In this document: positions 52,601 to 63,882 of the stretch, piece after piece
Numbering within the stretch: the first letter of the stretch is position 1
Layout of the letters: each line of letters starts with the position of its first letter
Assembly (NCBI GenBank): GCA_963727525.1
Contig: CAVSGO010000007.1
Coordinates: forward strand, 32,001 to 96,000
Source: an uncultured bacterium
Lineage (GTDB): Bacteria > Krumholzibacteriota > Krumholzibacteriia > LZORAL124-64-63
Direction: 5' to 3'
Length of the DNA: 64,000 bases
The notes under the pieces: model-generated
What the model was told of the DNA's origin: nothing
The model's database searches: none
The model's input: only the letters and a program-made list of their open reading frames with translations
Position numbers and translations under genes: made by a program

Positions 52601-53509
52601 GTGATGAGCCATTTCAAGGGATGTTTGCGTGGGACCCTGCTCGGCTGTGGCGGCCTGATCGTGGTCGGTATCGTGGTTGCCGGTGTGGGGGCCATACTGG
52701 CCCACCGCGCGGTCGAGCGGCAGGAGATCGCCGATACCGAGCTGAATGCCCCGTCAATGACCGCCATGCCGGCGGTGGCGGACGCGCCAGTTCGCGCCGG
52801 TCGAGTGATCCTCGACCTGCACCAGGGCGAATTCCACATCCGTCCGGCCAAACCGGGCGAAGGCCTCCACGTCGAGGCCCGCTTCGACCAGAATTCTTAT
52901 GTGATCCAGGACAGCTACGAGGTCCTACCCGATTCCACCTGGGTCTATCGCGTCCATTACCGCCGCACGACGTCCGGTTTGCAAGCGCTGCTGGTCGCCC
53001 TGATGGACCATGGCACCGATTCGCGCGTCGATGTCTTCCTGCCCGTCGATGTCCCCATCGCTCTGGAGGTCAACTGCGAGGAAGGGGGCACCGAGGCCCA
53101 GTTCGGCGGCCTCTGGCTGACCGAGATCGACCTGCGTTACCGCAAGGGCGGTTTCGATCTGGGCATCGACGACCCGTTGCGCGAGCCGACGACGCTGCTG
53201 CGCATGAACGGCGCCATGGGCGGCTTCTCGGGCAACCATCTCGGCAACGCCAGTCCGGCTGTGCTGGACATTGACTGCGCCATGGGCGGTGCCGATATCG
53301 ATCTGCGCGGCAGCTGGCTGAACGACTGCGCCGCGCGCCTGAACGTGAAGATGGGCGGCATGTCGGTGCGTTTGCCGCGCGACGCCGATGTCGAGGGCAC
53401 TGCCGACGGCGGCGATACACTGCGGCTTGCCAATCCGGAGATCACGCTGCCGGTGTTGCGATTCTCGACAAGCGCGCACATGGGCAATATCGATTTCAGC
53501 GGCCGGTGA
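52601..53509 (+). CDS. Membrane-anchored protein with LiaF/DUF2154-like beta repeats
   Basis: N-terminal TM; repeated MGG...IDL motifs; RBS GAGGAG. Confidence 0.7.
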   Translation: MMSHFKGCLRGTLLGCGGLIVVGIVVAGVGAILAHRAVERQEIADTELNAPSMTAMPAVADAPVRAGRVILDLHQGEFHIRPAKPGEGLHVEARFDQNSYVIQDSYEVLPDSTWVYRVHYRRTTSGLQALLVALMDHGTDSRVDVFLPVDVPIALEVNCEEGGTEAQFGGLWLTEIDLRYRKGGFDLGIDDPLREPTTLLRMNGAMGGFSGNHLGNASPAVLDIDCAMGGADIDLRGSWLNDCAARLNVKMGGMSVRLPRDADVEGTADGGDTLRLANPEITLPVLRFSTSAHMGNIDFSGR

Positions 53510-53599
53510 GGTCGGCAGGTCCGGCCGACTAGGCTGGAGGGGATGGTGACGATGCCGGCCGTCCGGGCCGTATGATCGCCGATACGGCGGCCGCGGAGT

Positions 53600-53890
53600 A
53601 CAGGTGACGGCCGCGTCGACCGGCGGCCGGTCTGAGTAGAACAGGAACGTGGCGTCGCTCGAGCTCGGCATGCCGCAGCCGCCCGATGTGTCCGGGGTGA
53701 ACGTCACCGGGATCCCTTCCAGATCGCTATTGTGATCGCCATCGCACTCGAGGGCAGCCGTGTCGGCGAGGGTGCAGTTGTCCGGCTCGCCGATCCCCGC
53801 TCCGACGGGATCTGGCAGCACCAGGGCGGCTGCTGTGTCGTCGCAGGTGCACCCGCCATCGAAGGTGTCGATGCTCAGAACGAGATGATG
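53600..53890 (-). pseudogene. Remnant of Cys/Asp-rich secreted protein
   Basis: VLSIDTFDGGCTCDD...ECDGDH...ATFLFYSDRPPV; no clear start or stop. Confidence 0.3.
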
Positions 53891-54214
53891 GAGGTCTAGG
53901 TACGTGATCCACTGGACGTTGACGATGTAGGTTCAGGGCGGGAGGTCAGGGGTGTTCGTCGGCATGGCCGCGGACTCGGGTTGAATGTCGCAGATGGCGA
54001 AGGCCGACAACCCGCTCCCCACCTGAACCAGGAACACGAACGACAGGACGAAACGGCGCTTGGTAACGAGATCCCCCAAGCTGGCGTCGATACGCGGTGA
54101 GATGTCGATCAGGAGCCTTCATTGTATCGAATCGTGAAGGGGATTGTCAATTCTCGACCCTCACGGCCCGTAGCGCCTCAGTGACGGTTACCGGAAGAGC
54201 GACTTGATCGCGCC

Positions 54215-54551
54215 CCAATTCGCGGTCGATCTGTCGGTTGACGGTGGTGGAGCAGACGGCGAGATCGCGAGCGGCCTGGCGATTGGCCATCGCGCCGCAG
54301 GTCGTGGTCATGAGCTGGGGGAGGATGTCGGGTCGCTTGAGCCAGTAGTCCGGGGAGAAGGTCTGTGAACTGAAGGAGACGCGGCAGTGTAGGCAGAGAA
54401 ACCTGGGGATACGCTGGGTATGGGCCTGGCGGGTGAAGAAGCCGATGCGTTTGAATCGCCAGCCTGGCTGGAGTTCGCTGTGGAACAGGCAGTTATGGTT
54501 GGGGCAGAAGGGCGGCAGCCAGCTGGGATGGTGGGATTCGATGCACGCCAT
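54215..54551 (-). pseudogene. N-terminal fragment of Zn-ribbon (InsA-like) transposase
   Basis: PPFCPNHNCLFH, RFLCLHCRVSFSSQTF, HTH-like RQAARDLAVCSTTV; no catalytic domain. Confidence 0.6.
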
Positions 54552-54729
54552 GGCCCCCGGCTAGGGCAAGCCGGAGGCCGGACACATTTTCGAGGGCACA
54601 ACCAAAGGAATCTATTCTCGGACGCGATTGAGATCGGGCCACCTTATTGGATTCGATATGCAATTGTCAATACGGCTGAAACCGTTCAAACCAGGCGCGA
54701 TCACGCGGCAAATTCGGTCGGGGTGCGGC

Positions 54730-54878
54730 GGTCGCGTTCAGTCCCATCGCCGCTCGAGAGCATGCAGCACCGTGCTCGCCGGGCCGGTCGTCTTTGTGAC
54801 TGCCGTCCGCAGCTTACCCCCCCCCAGCGCCGGCACGCCGCGGCACCGGTGGCGATGTCGGCGCGGTGGGGCGAGAAC
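54730..54878 (-). mobile_element. IS91-like transposase remnant (copy 9)
   Basis: LAPPRRHRHRCRGV...KLRTAVTKTTGPASTVLHALER. Confidence 0.75.
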
Positions 54879-55133
54879 CAGGAATCGGCAGGCGAGCGGC
54901 GGGAAGGTCTGCGGTGCCGATGCGAGATTATGCGATCCGGTTCGATTGATGCCGAAATGATCAACTCGAGGTAGCTGGTCGCGAGGTCGCCGCATATTCC
55001 CGCAGCGACCGATCGACGAAGACGTGGTAAGATCGGAACGCCGTCTCGATAGGTTGGCGGGGATGGCGGGGGAAACATGATCTGCTTCTCGAAACACATT
55101 CCCATTCAAGTTATTCCGGCAAAGAGCTGACTC

Positions 55134-58100
55134 ATGCCCATGGATCCCGATCTATACCAGCGGTTGAAGGAACTCGTACAACGCGCACTCGATCTCGAGC
55201 CGGAAGACCGTCGGGCGTACCTCAGGCAAGCGTGTGGTTCCGACGAGACTCTCTATGACGGAGCGCTGAGTCTGTTGAACCAGGACGTCCCCGACGACGA
55301 CGATGCCGCGAAGATCGTCGCCGACGATCTTCACGATCTGGAAGGCCGCGCGGTCGGCCCCTACCAAATCGAGCGAAAGATCGGCGAGGGAGGTATGGGT
55401 ATCGTCTACCTTGCGACCCAGCGCGTCCCACTGCGCCGCCGTGTGGCGCTGAAGGTCATCAAGCTGGGGATGGATACCCGCGAAGTCGTGAGTCGTTTCG
55501 AATCCGAGAGGCAGGCGCTCGCACTCATGGCCCACCCGTGCATCGCCACGGTGCTGGACGCCGGCTCGACCGCGGCGGGCCGGCCGTATTTCGTGATGGA
55601 GTATATCGACGGTGTCCCGTTCACGCGCTATTGCCGGGAGCATCACTACGATCTGCGTCAGCGGCTCGATCTCTTTGTCCACGTTTGCCGTGGCGTGAGC
55701 CATGCCCACCTCCAGGGTGTGATCCACAGGGACCTCAAACCAGGCAACATCCTGGTGACGGAGGTCGAGGGCCGGCCGGTTCCGAAGATCATCGATTTCG
55801 GTGTGGCGAAGGCGACACGGCACCAACTTTCGGAGCAATCGACCTTCACGCAGCCGGGCCGCATGGTCGGCACGCCGGAATATATGAGTCCCGAGCAGGC
55901 CAGTGGAACCTTGCCCGATGTCGACACGCGTAGCGACGTGTACTCGCTTGGCGTGGTCCTCTACGAACTGTTGACCGGGGAATTGCCCATCGGCCGCAAT
56001 GACCTCCTTCACGCGGGCCGGGACCGGATCGGAGAGGCGGTTCGCGAGCGAGTCCCCCGCAAGCCGAGCAGCCGGATTTCCGACGCGCCAGAGGAGTCGA
56101 AGAGCGGATTACCGGGCGGGTCTTCGCACACCCGGTTCTGGGCCAGGCGGGTCACAGGCGATCTCGACTGGATCACCATGAAGGCGCTCGAGAAGGAACG
56201 CAGCCGGCGGTACCAGTCGGTAGCCGACCTGGCGGACGACATCGTGCGTCACCTCGAGCACCGGGCGGTGGGCGCGGGGCCCCCCAGCGGCGTCTATCGG
56301 GTGAAGAAATTCGTGCGGCGCAACCGGTTGGGAGTCTCGATCGCGGCCGTCTTGCTGCTGCTGCTGGTCGGCTTCGGGATCTGGCAGACGCTCCAGTCGC
56401 GCACGATCGCTCGCGAACGAAATCTGGCCGTGGCCAATGAACGCCTTTCGCTGGCCCGGGGATGGGTTGAACGCGATCCGACCGTGGCGCTCGCATACGC
56501 GCTCTCGAGTCTCGAGATCCTGGACCAGCCGGGAACCCGCGAGGTCGTGCGACAGGCGATCGCAAGTGGACCGATCCGCGACGAGTTTCCTCGCTGGGGG
56601 CAGAGAGGTAACCCCATCACTGTCGACGCCAGCTCCGACGGCCGCCTTTGTGCCGTGGCCTGGTCGCAGTCGGAACATCCGACCGTGGGGATCTACGATC
56701 TCAACGATCTCACGATGAGAGTGCTGACCGACTCTAGCCGCGGAATCGTCTACGAGGCCGTTCTCAATGCTGACGCGAGCCAGGTCATAGGCAAAGGGGA
56801 AGGCGGATTGCATGTGTGGCGGGTGGCCAATGGCGAGCATCGATTCCACTTGCCCGAAATCCAGCGGTTTGCGACCAGCCGTATCTTCCGGCTAAGCGAT
56901 CCGGATCTGGTCGCCATCTGCGGCAACGACAAGGACCGGCCTACTCGCTGGTTCACGTTGCACCTGAGCGATGGACGTCTCTCGGACCTTGGTGAATCTC
57001 ATGGCGCGCTCCGAACCCTCTCGCTGTCGCACGCGCCGGCAATCGATCCGACGGGGAACTGGGTGCTCGATTACGACGGCCGTGACGTCTTTTTGCAACG
57101 ATTGCATGACCCGGGAAACGCGGGGACCATCCTGGTCGGTCGGCACAACGCGCCGATCTCGGGGGTGGCCATGGACGGGGATCACCGCTTCGCAGCAGCC
57201 GCGGACCTGGAGGGGACGATCGAGGTCTGGGACCTGACGGTATCTCCACCCCGTTCGATGTGCACCTACCAGGAACGGCCAGGCGAGTACTTCCTGGAAT
57301 TCGATCCTACCGGCGAACGGCTCTTCTCGGCGTGGGGTTCGGAGTCCCTCAACGTGTACGACTTCATGGCACTTCCGCCACGGCAACGGCTGCAGACTCG
57401 GGACCGGACGCAGTGGACCCACGATGGTTCGTTCCTGCCTGATGGTTCGGTTCTGGCGGCCCGCAACGGTGTTGCGACCGGTCCGCTCGCGCGCTGGCGC
57501 CTGCGAGGGCCGGTGGCGTGGAGAATTGGGCTGGTGTCGATGCCCGGCGCGGCCGCGACCTGCCAGCTCGCACAGGATGGCCAAACCCTGTTCACATGGT
57601 CGAGCAATGGCGAGATCCGTGGTATCCCGCTGGCGGCTGGAGTCACCCAGGATATCGGGCTCATCGGCCGGGTGGGTGCTCACTATGGAGGATTGGAACA
57701 GGCATTCCTGCTCGACACGCGGCAACGACGTGGATTGGTGCTCTGTCAAGCGACCGGCGGTGCCTTGGCATACGATTTCGCCACCAGCTCCATTCACGCG
57801 ATCGCCGGGCTGGCAGACGACGCCGTCCCCATGACCATGAGCACAAGTGGGAAGCTCGTCGGCTGCGTGAATCTCGAAGGCGACCTCGAAACGAGCATCG
57901 TCGATCTGGACTCGCTGCGCGTTGTGGCCACGATCGAACTGGGGAATCGCCGACCCGAGAGCCTATGTTTCGCCGGCGATTCCCTGCTCGTCGCCTGCGG
58001 TGACGATCACCTCGCCCGATTCGATCTGAAGCATCCACTGGCCGCCCCCGACACGCTGTGGCGAGGTGACGCTTCGCGGTGGGGCGTCGCGCTCGACGAG

Positions 58101-58550
58101 GCGCGCTCTCTCGCGGTCGTGGATGCCGAACTCAACCTCACGTGGATCGATCTCACATCGGCCCGTCACGTTCCGCTGGGCACGCTGCCCTCGGCGAAAA
58201 TCAGAGCAGTCGATTACGATCCGGCGCAGGGGTTGCTGGCTGTCGGCGGTTGGTGGGACACGATTCACGTATTCGACGTGACGACAGGTACCGCATGGCA
58301 GCTCCCAGCCCCGGGAGAGGGCCGCCGCTTGACGAGCTTCGTCGCCATAGATCCAGGCGGCCGCTGGCTGATCTCGGTTCACAAGGACCAGTTCGTGGCC
58401 TGGTCATTACCCCTCGATCCTCTATTCACGGACCTGGACTGTTCTGACCTTCTGGCCAGGCTGCGGGCCGCGACGAATGTCCGGGTGTTTCCCGATCGGG
58501 ATCAAGCCGACGGTTTCGATATCCGGCCCGTCGTTCCGGCGGCTCGATAG
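55134..58550 (+). CDS. Ser/Thr protein kinase with TM and WD40-like propeller
   Basis: [47 protein letters not shown]-like repeats. Confidence 0.93.
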   Translation: MPMDPDLYQRLKELVQRALDLEPEDRRAYLRQACGSDETLYDGALSLLNQDVPDDDDAAKIVADDLHDLEGRAVGPYQIERKIGEGGMGIVYLATQRVPLRRRVALKVIKLGMDTREVVSRFESERQALALMAHPCIATVLDAGSTAAGRPYFVMEYIDGVPFTRYCREHHYDLRQRLDLFVHVCRGVSHAHLQGVIHRDLKPGNILVTEVEGRPVPKIIDFGVAKATRHQLSEQSTFTQPGRMVGTPEYMSPEQASGTLPDVDTRSDVYSLGVVLYELLTGELPIGRNDLLHAGRDRIGEAVRERVPRKPSSRISDAPEESKSGLPGGSSHTRFWARRVTGDLDWITMKALEKERSRRYQSVADLADDIVRHLEHRAVGAGPPSGVYRVKKFVRRNRLGVSIAAVLLLLLVGFGIWQTLQSRTIARERNLAVANERLSLARGWVERDPTVALAYALSSLEILDQPGTREVVRQAIASGPIRDEFPRWGQRGNPITVDASSDGRLCAVAWSQSEHPTVGIYDLNDLTMRVLTDSSRGIVYEAVLNADASQVIGKGEGGLHVWRVANGEHRFHLPEIQRFATSRIFRLSDPDLVAICGNDKDRPTRWFTLHLSDGRLSDLGESHGALRTLSLSHAPAIDPTGNWVLDYDGRDVFLQRLHDPGNAGTILVGRHNAPISGVAMDGDHRFAAAADLEGTIEVWDLTVSPPRSMCTYQERPGEYFLEFDPTGERLFSAWGSESLNVYDFMALPPRQRLQTRDRTQWTHDGSFLPDGSVLAARNGVATGPLARWRLRGPVAWRIGLVSMPGAAATCQLAQDGQTLFTWSSNGEIRGIPLAAGVTQDIGLIGRVGAHYGGLEQAFLLDTRQRRGLVLCQATGGALAYDFATSSIHAIAGLADDAVPMTMSTSGKLVGCVNLEGDLETSIVDLDSLRVVATIELGNRRPESLCFAGDSLLVACGDDHLARFDLKHPLAAPDTLWRGDASRWGVALDEARSLAVVDAELNLTWIDLTSARHVPLGTLPSAKIRAVDYDPAQGLLAVGGWWDTIHVFDVTTGTAWQLPAPGEGRRLTSFVAIDPGGRWLISVHKDQFVAWSLPLDPLFTDLDCSDLLARLRAATNVRVFPDRDQADGFDIRPVVPAAR

Positions 58551-58567
58551 GGGTACCCGGGGACGGA

Positions 58568-59143
58568 TCACGAACTCGCGAGTTCCCGGTACAACCACCG
58601 GATGGCAAACTGCCAGTCCTTCTGGATCGTACGGCTCGTGACCCCCACGAGGGCCGCGATTTCTTCCAGGCTCAAGCCCCCGAAGATCCGTAACTCCACG
58701 ACCTCGACAGCTCGTGGATCCAGTTCACCCAGCTGATCCAGTGCCTCGTGCAGCGCGATGACGTCGAGCAGTTCGAGACGGGGTATATCTGGCAGTCCGG
58801 CAAGTGTGACGCGCTGGCGGCCTCCCCCCCGCTTGACGGCATCGCGACGCCGGGCGTGGTCGACCAGAACCTGTCGCATGGTGCGAGCAGCGATGTTCAC
58901 AAAGTGCGCCCGGCTATCCGCTGGCAGGTTGTCCACGTCGAATAGTCGCAGGTATGCCTCATTGACGAGTGCCGTGGGCTGGAGCGTGTGGTCGGGACGC
59001 TCCGTCGCCATGATACGTCCGGCGATCGCCCTCAACTCGGCTTGGCAGTTGGAGAACAGATCGCGGAGGTCCGTCGGCGATAGAAATCCAAGCGTCAATG
59101 ACGCCAGCTGGCGGGTATTTACGGCACGGGTTTCATCGGACAT
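58568..59143 (-). CDS. ECF sigma factor of the kinase-associated type (TIGR02999-like)
   Basis: ERPDHTLQPTALVNEAYLRL, MRQVLVDHARRR.A.KRGG, VELRIFGGLS.EEIA; ATG 59143. Confidence 0.92.
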   Translation of the reverse strand: MSDETRAVNTRQLASLTLGFLSPTDLRDLFSNCQAELRAIAGRIMATERPDHTLQPTALVNEAYLRLFDVDNLPADSRAHFVNIAARTMRQVLVDHARRRDAVKRGGGRQRVTLAGLPDIPRLELLDVIALHEALDQLGELDPRAVEVVELRIFGGLSLEEIAALVGVTSRTIQKDWQFAIRWLYRELASS

Positions 59144-59294
59144 TGCGTGCGACTCCGGTATGAGGCGCGAAAACCGAGTTTCTATCCTAGCCCACGGATG
59201 GCCAGGATACAACGGTGCAGCGACTCGGATCCGCGAGCCCGAGTTGCCGACGCCCGGCGAGGCCGCCCTGGGGACGGAACCCCGGGGCGGCCGG

Positions 59295-60394
59295 CAAGCG
59301 GCAATCAGCAGATCGATGTGGCCGAATTCCAGGGCCGGGCTAGACCCGGTCTGGACGACTAGCCGCGTCACATCGTTGCTGCCGAGCAGATCCACGCTGG
59401 CGGACGTGTACCCGCCCAGACCGCCGGCGGCATCGATCGCGAGAACGGGCACCGCGACCTGAGCCAGGTCGTCGTCGTAGGGAAGGTCAGCGTACGCTCC
59501 GATGAGGCGGGTTTGGTCCAGTTCGAACGCCGTGGCGCCGAACGGCTCGCCGCTGGCCAAAAAGTTCAACCACCGCTCGGCCGTCGTGAACTGGAATCCC
59601 GTCGGCAGATCGTTCGTATCGAACACGCCGGCGACGAAGTGTCCGGTGAATGGATCGCCAAAGATGGAACCTGCGCCCACGGCAAGTGCGAACTGGAAAT
59701 TCGTCAGCCCGGGCACGATAGGAGACTCACCGTCAGGGTCGGTCTGGGCCGGTTCCGCGATGGTCGAGAAGCCGCTCGAGTACGAGTACTGGCCGGTATC
59801 CATGTTCGCAGGTCGTCGATCTGATGCTGCATGTCCCAGTCCGCCATGAAATCGAAGTTGTGAGGTCCGACGGCAACAGTGCCCAGCCCAGATCGATGCC
59901 CCAGACGTCGACGTCATGGGCGGCAAGAAACGGCGCTATGCCGTCGTCCGTAGGCGTCGAAGCCGAGTTGGGGCCCGGCGCGAAACACCCGACGAAATCC
60001 TTGTAGTCGCCGTGGACCATGAAGAGGGACGTCCCGGTTCGGATCGGGCGATGCGGCCGTCTCTCCCTGACGATCCGGTGGATGCCGATCACACCGTGTT
60101 CACCGGGCCCGACCCGCACCGGAAGGAGTAGTGAGCCACATCGCCGCCAATCACCTCTCGGGATCAGTCGTCGATCCAGACGAATTGCTCGGCGTTGCGG
60201 TCGGGAATCTCCGCATCCTCACCAAACTCCCAGCCCGAAACCAGCATGATCTGATCGGCCACCTGTGCGGGGTCAAGGTTTGAGGAGATGATGGTTGATT
60301 CGAGGACGATGGGGCCCGTAGCCGGATCGTTCTGGCCGCCCGCAACGAGCGCGATGAGCGCGGCGAGGCCGACGAGAACGCGACGAGTATCCAT
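59295..60394 (-). pseudogene. Degraded alpha/beta-hydrolase-like secreted protein
   Basis: Pieces in several frames: IGIHRIVRE, LFMVHG, DVWGID, VPVLAI..AGG, FGHIDL. Confidence 0.55.
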
Positions 60395-60688
60395 GGGCAA
60401 CCTCCCAAGATTCATGGCGATGAGAGGTCAGGGACGAGGTGTCTCATGGATGACTGCGAAGTGCGGGAACGAAACTGGAACCGGTCTCGCACTCCATGAT
60501 CACCGCCCGCGGTGCGCGCCCCCGGCAGATCCCGCTTCGCGATAGAGGCACGAATTGCGCAAGTACCCTGGCAGGGTTCGCGTTGAACCCGCCGTTCTCA
60601 GCACCGCGCCCATCATACCCGTACGTGCGGGACTGGCCCATCAGTGTGCCGAGAGCTCGCAAGTCATACGCTTCGCGGAGGTAAGTCC

Positions 60689-61477
60689 ATGCGAACGATC
60701 TGGATAGTGGCAATATTGTGCCTTGTGGCGTCTTTCGTGGCCGGCTGCTCGAACGATGCGGCTAGCGATCCGTCGGCTCCTGGCGAGGTTCGCCCGGCGC
60801 CCAGCGTCGCGGACAAGTGCGGCGGCAGCCCGGCAGTCTTTCCGCCTGACGCCCATCCCGGCGGCAACTCCTATGCAGCCTGGTCGACACTGGCGTGGCA
60901 GTGGCTCGCGTCCTGCCCCCTCGACCACAATCCCGCGCTGGATGAAACAGGTGAAGACATGGACTATCTGCAGTCCGGCTCAGTGTGGTATCTCGTGGCG
61001 AACTTCACTGGAGGTCAGACCATCCGCACGGGGATCGTGCCGACGGGAACGATGCTGTACCTCAGTTTGATCGGGTTCGAGGCCTCGACCCTGGAAGGTC
61101 TCGGCGAGACCGAAGCGGAGCTTCGGGCTGCCGCGGCTGGCGCGATCGATATCGTCACCAATTTGAGTTGCGAGATCGACGGCGAGCCCGTCCCTGACCT
61201 GGAAGACTATCGGTTCACGAGCCCCGAGTTGTTCTGCTTGACCGTGCCCGAAGACAACGTCTTTGACCTCTGGATCCCGGATACCGACACACCCGCGGGC
61301 ACCTACTATCCGAGCGTCGCCGACGGCTACTACCTCATGGTGCCGCCGCTGTCAGCCGGCGAACACACGATACACTGGCACGCCGAGATTCCCGATTTCG
61401 GTTACACACCTGACATTACATACAACATCACCGTCGTCGGCGGCCACCACCACCACCGACACCATCATCACCGCTAG
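60689..61477 (+). CDS. Lipoprotein with His-rich tail
   Basis: Lipobox VAGC; W...AWQW...P...NP..DETG...Q.G.VWYL...ADGYYLM.PPLSAGEHTI; ends HHHHRHHHHR; RBS GGAGGT. Confidence 0.85.
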   Translation: MRTIWIVAILCLVASFVAGCSNDAASDPSAPGEVRPAPSVADKCGGSPAVFPPDAHPGGNSYAAWSTLAWQWLASCPLDHNPALDETGEDMDYLQSGSVWYLVANFTGGQTIRTGIVPTGTMLYLSLIGFEASTLEGLGETEAELRAAAAGAIDIVTNLSCEIDGEPVPDLEDYRFTSPELFCLTVPEDNVFDLWIPDTDTPAGTYYPSVADGYYLMVPPLSAGEHTIHWHAEIPDFGYTPDITYNITVVGGHHHHRHHHHR

Positions 61478-61724
61478 AAGTTCGGGCGGCCCGCGGCGCT
61501 CGGTGTAGCGCCGCGGCGCCGTGCGTCCTCGTCGCCTGGTTGCGGTTTGATTGCTACCGGCGTGCCATCGGGCACGTATCGATAGAGTTCGCGGATATCG
61601 GAAATGGTCAGGGAAATGGCGCCAAGCGTCCGTTCGTAGCAGGTCGTGAGCGAGGCGGGATCGAGGTCGCCGGCGGTTCACTTTCCATATCGAGGTGTCC
61701 ACGGACGCGGTGGCGGAGCGTTCG

Positions 61725-61800
61725 TCGTCCGCCGAGCGCGCTACGCAATTGCCTGCGCGACGGCATCCCGGATCATGGCTTAGCCCGCGTGCGCAGCGAG
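61725..61800 (+). mobile_element. IS91-like transposase 5' remnant (copy 10)
   Basis: AERALRNCLRDGIPDHGLARVRS versus AERALREYLRCGIPAHGFARVRC in copy 1. Confidence 0.7.
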
Positions 61801-62067
61801 GCCGGGCGCCGGCTGCTGGGGGAGAACGCCAGCGCACGGTGGGCAGTGTGATTTGGCGGGCAGAGCTGATGTCAGGGGCGGACGCCATACCGCATGATGC
61901 CTACACCCATACTCCACACCCCATACCCCACTGCAAAGATCGAGCCGTGTAGTTGCGCGCCATGAGCATTCATGGCTTGAATACCAGCTGGCGCCTTCGT
62001 TCTCAGGACGGGCAGGATATGGTACCATGGTACGGCTTGCTGTTGCCGTCTCGCCGAAGGTAGAGTC

Positions 62068-62265
62068 ATGAGTCGATTCATCTGCAACTTTGACGGCAGG
62101 TTCGCGTTGTCGCTGCGGTTCATACTTTCGCTCATCGCCGTTGGGTCCGGCCTGGCCCACGCCGATTTCGTGTTCGTGCCCGATACCGATCAGCTGCCGC
62201 TATACGTGGACAGTTTTCCCAAAGCGATCGTCGCCGGCCAATTCGCAGGCGATGAGCGACCGATG
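62068..62265 (+). pseudogene. N-terminal fragment of secreted (FG-GAP-like) protein
   Basis: Signal peptide ...GLAHA-DF, then AIVAGQFAGDERP; degenerates before the IS4. Confidence 0.35.
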
Positions 62266-62382
62266 CGGGCGCATCGCATTGGGCCGGCGTCTGTCAATTC
62301 TTCGCGTGGGGATGGGGGGCCAGGACAATCGTCGCCAGATTGGGTGATCTGCGCCATCGGTGCGGCGTTTATCAGTTCAATT

Positions 62383-63804
62383 CACTGCTGTCCTAAACAG
62401 GACAGGGTTGTCGCACCGACCCCCGATTTGTATCGACTTACCCGCCTGAGATTCCAAAACGTGGGATGAGGTTGCCCTCTTTTACCGTGCTCTGCCCTGC
62501 CCCTGTTTTACTCGGCTGTCCAAATCAGCGTAGGTTCAGCTCCATCTGCTCTGGTAGCGGTGTCAGCGGTGGTGTCCGGAACGGATCATCGAGCCAGTCC
62601 CTCAACTCCCTGTACGTGAACAGGTTCAGCCTCAGCATGGCCGCCAAATTCGACAACGACCAGTTGGCCTTCGACAGGTGGTGCAGCCACTTCAGCAGGA
62701 GCATCGCGATCAGTGCTGTCCAAATCTGGATGCGTAGAGCGTTCTCGCTCGTGCCGACGAAGCTGCGCACCTTGAGGTTCTGCTTCAGCGCCTTGAAGAA
62801 CAGCTCGATCTGCCAGCGCTCTTTGTAGATGTCAGCGATCGTCGTGGCACCGAAGTCGAGGTGATTGGTGAGCAAGACGATCTCGCGTTCGTTCAGGCAA
62901 TCCCAGACGACAATGCGGCGCAGGTAGCAGGGGCACTTCTTCTCGGCCTGCGGTCCGGCAAGTGCGATCACTTCGTCGGACAGGATGTTGCGGTTGACGG
63001 GAACAGGGAAGCTCTGGACCACCTCGTAGACGGCGTTGGCCTTCATCCGGGTCACGAAGTAGATCCCCTCTTCGGTCCAGCGGGCGAACTGTCCGTAGTC
63101 GTTGTACGCACGGTCCATGGCCACGATCGAACCAGGCTGCAGCTTCAAGGAGTTGAGCACCTTGGCATCGTGCATCTTCGCCTCGCTGATCAGCACATAC
63201 GACGGCAGGTAGTCCGTGTGGTTGAGCAGGACATGGGCTTTGACCCCTCCTTTGGCTCGGCGGAACTTCGCCCAGGGAAACAGCGCCAGGCAGAGGGTGA
63301 TCGTCGTCGAGTCCAGCGACAGCAGCTTGTTCTTGAAGCGGAACTTGTGCTTGCGGCCGCCGAACCGCCCTTCGCTGCGGAAGCGGTCCGTCATCGCCCA
63401 GAACAGGTCCTCGAACATCGCGGCAGGACGATGGGCGTTGGCGTAGGACAGGTTGGACTTGGTCGGTTTGCGGGCGATACCCAGATGGACGAGTTTGCCG
63501 AGGCAACAGGCCAAGCCATTGCAGATCTCCCGCAGGGAGTCGGCTTGAGCCATCTGACAGAACAGCATCGCCGTCAACTGGGCCCAGCAGGTAAAGCCCT
63601 TGGCATGGCGTTCCCCCTGGTGCTGGCGGACCAAACTGGCGAACTCGTTGCGGGGAATCTGCTGCAGAAGTTGACCGAACAGGCTGGATGACCGTACCAT
63701 CGGGATGCCCTCCGGGTGAGAAGTGAATCTGGTCTCTTGGTCGAAACCGATTCTCTCACAAGCCCGGGGGGCCTTCAACTCAAGGGCTGTTTAGGACAAG
63801 AGTG
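62383..63804 (-). mobile_element. IS4 family insertion sequence, intact
   Basis: Inverted repeats CACTGCTGTCCTAAACAG / CTGTTTAGGACAAGAGTG (16/18); 9-bp direct repeat AGTTCAATT at 62374-62382 and 63805-63813. Confidence 0.96.
62525..63700 (-). CDS. IS4 family transposase (DUF4372 + DDE)
   Basis: SLREI, LDSTTI, KAH, MDRAY, YKERWQIELFFKALKQ; likely ATG 63700. Confidence 0.95.
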   Translation of the reverse strand: MVRSSSLFGQLLQQIPRNEFASLVRQHQGERHAKGFTCWAQLTAMLFCQMAQADSLREICNGLACCLGKLVHLGIARKPTKSNLSYANAHRPAAMFEDLFWAMTDRFRSEGRFGGRKHKFRFKNKLLSLDSTTITLCLALFPWAKFRRAKGGVKAHVLLNHTDYLPSYVLISEAKMHDAKVLNSLKLQPGSIVAMDRAYNDYGQFARWTEEGIYFVTRMKANAVYEVVQSFPVPVNRNILSDEVIALAGPQAEKKCPCYLRRIVVWDCLNEREIVLLTNHLDFGATTIADIYKERWQIELFFKALKQNLKVRSFVGTSENALRIQIWTALIAMLLLKWLHHLSKANWSLSNLAAMLRLNLFTYRELRDWLDDPFRTPPLTPLPEQMELNLR

Positions 63805-63882
63805 AGTTCAATTTTCGGAGAGCAGCAGATCGGTTGTGCGATCGCTGACCACCCCGGCAACGGCGGACCCCTTCTGAACGAG

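Noticed and set aside
58568-59926. 452-aa hydrolase-sigma fusion
   Set aside because: A hydrolase remnant happens to be in frame; the sigma domain has its own ATG at 59143 after non-coding-like sequence.
1264-63691. Many long antisense or overlapping ORFs (e.g. 1264..2727, 10495..11991, 21278..22978, 39769..41793, 62861..63691)
   Set aside because: Shadow frames of GC-rich genes with Arg/Ala/Pro-rich, motif-free translations.
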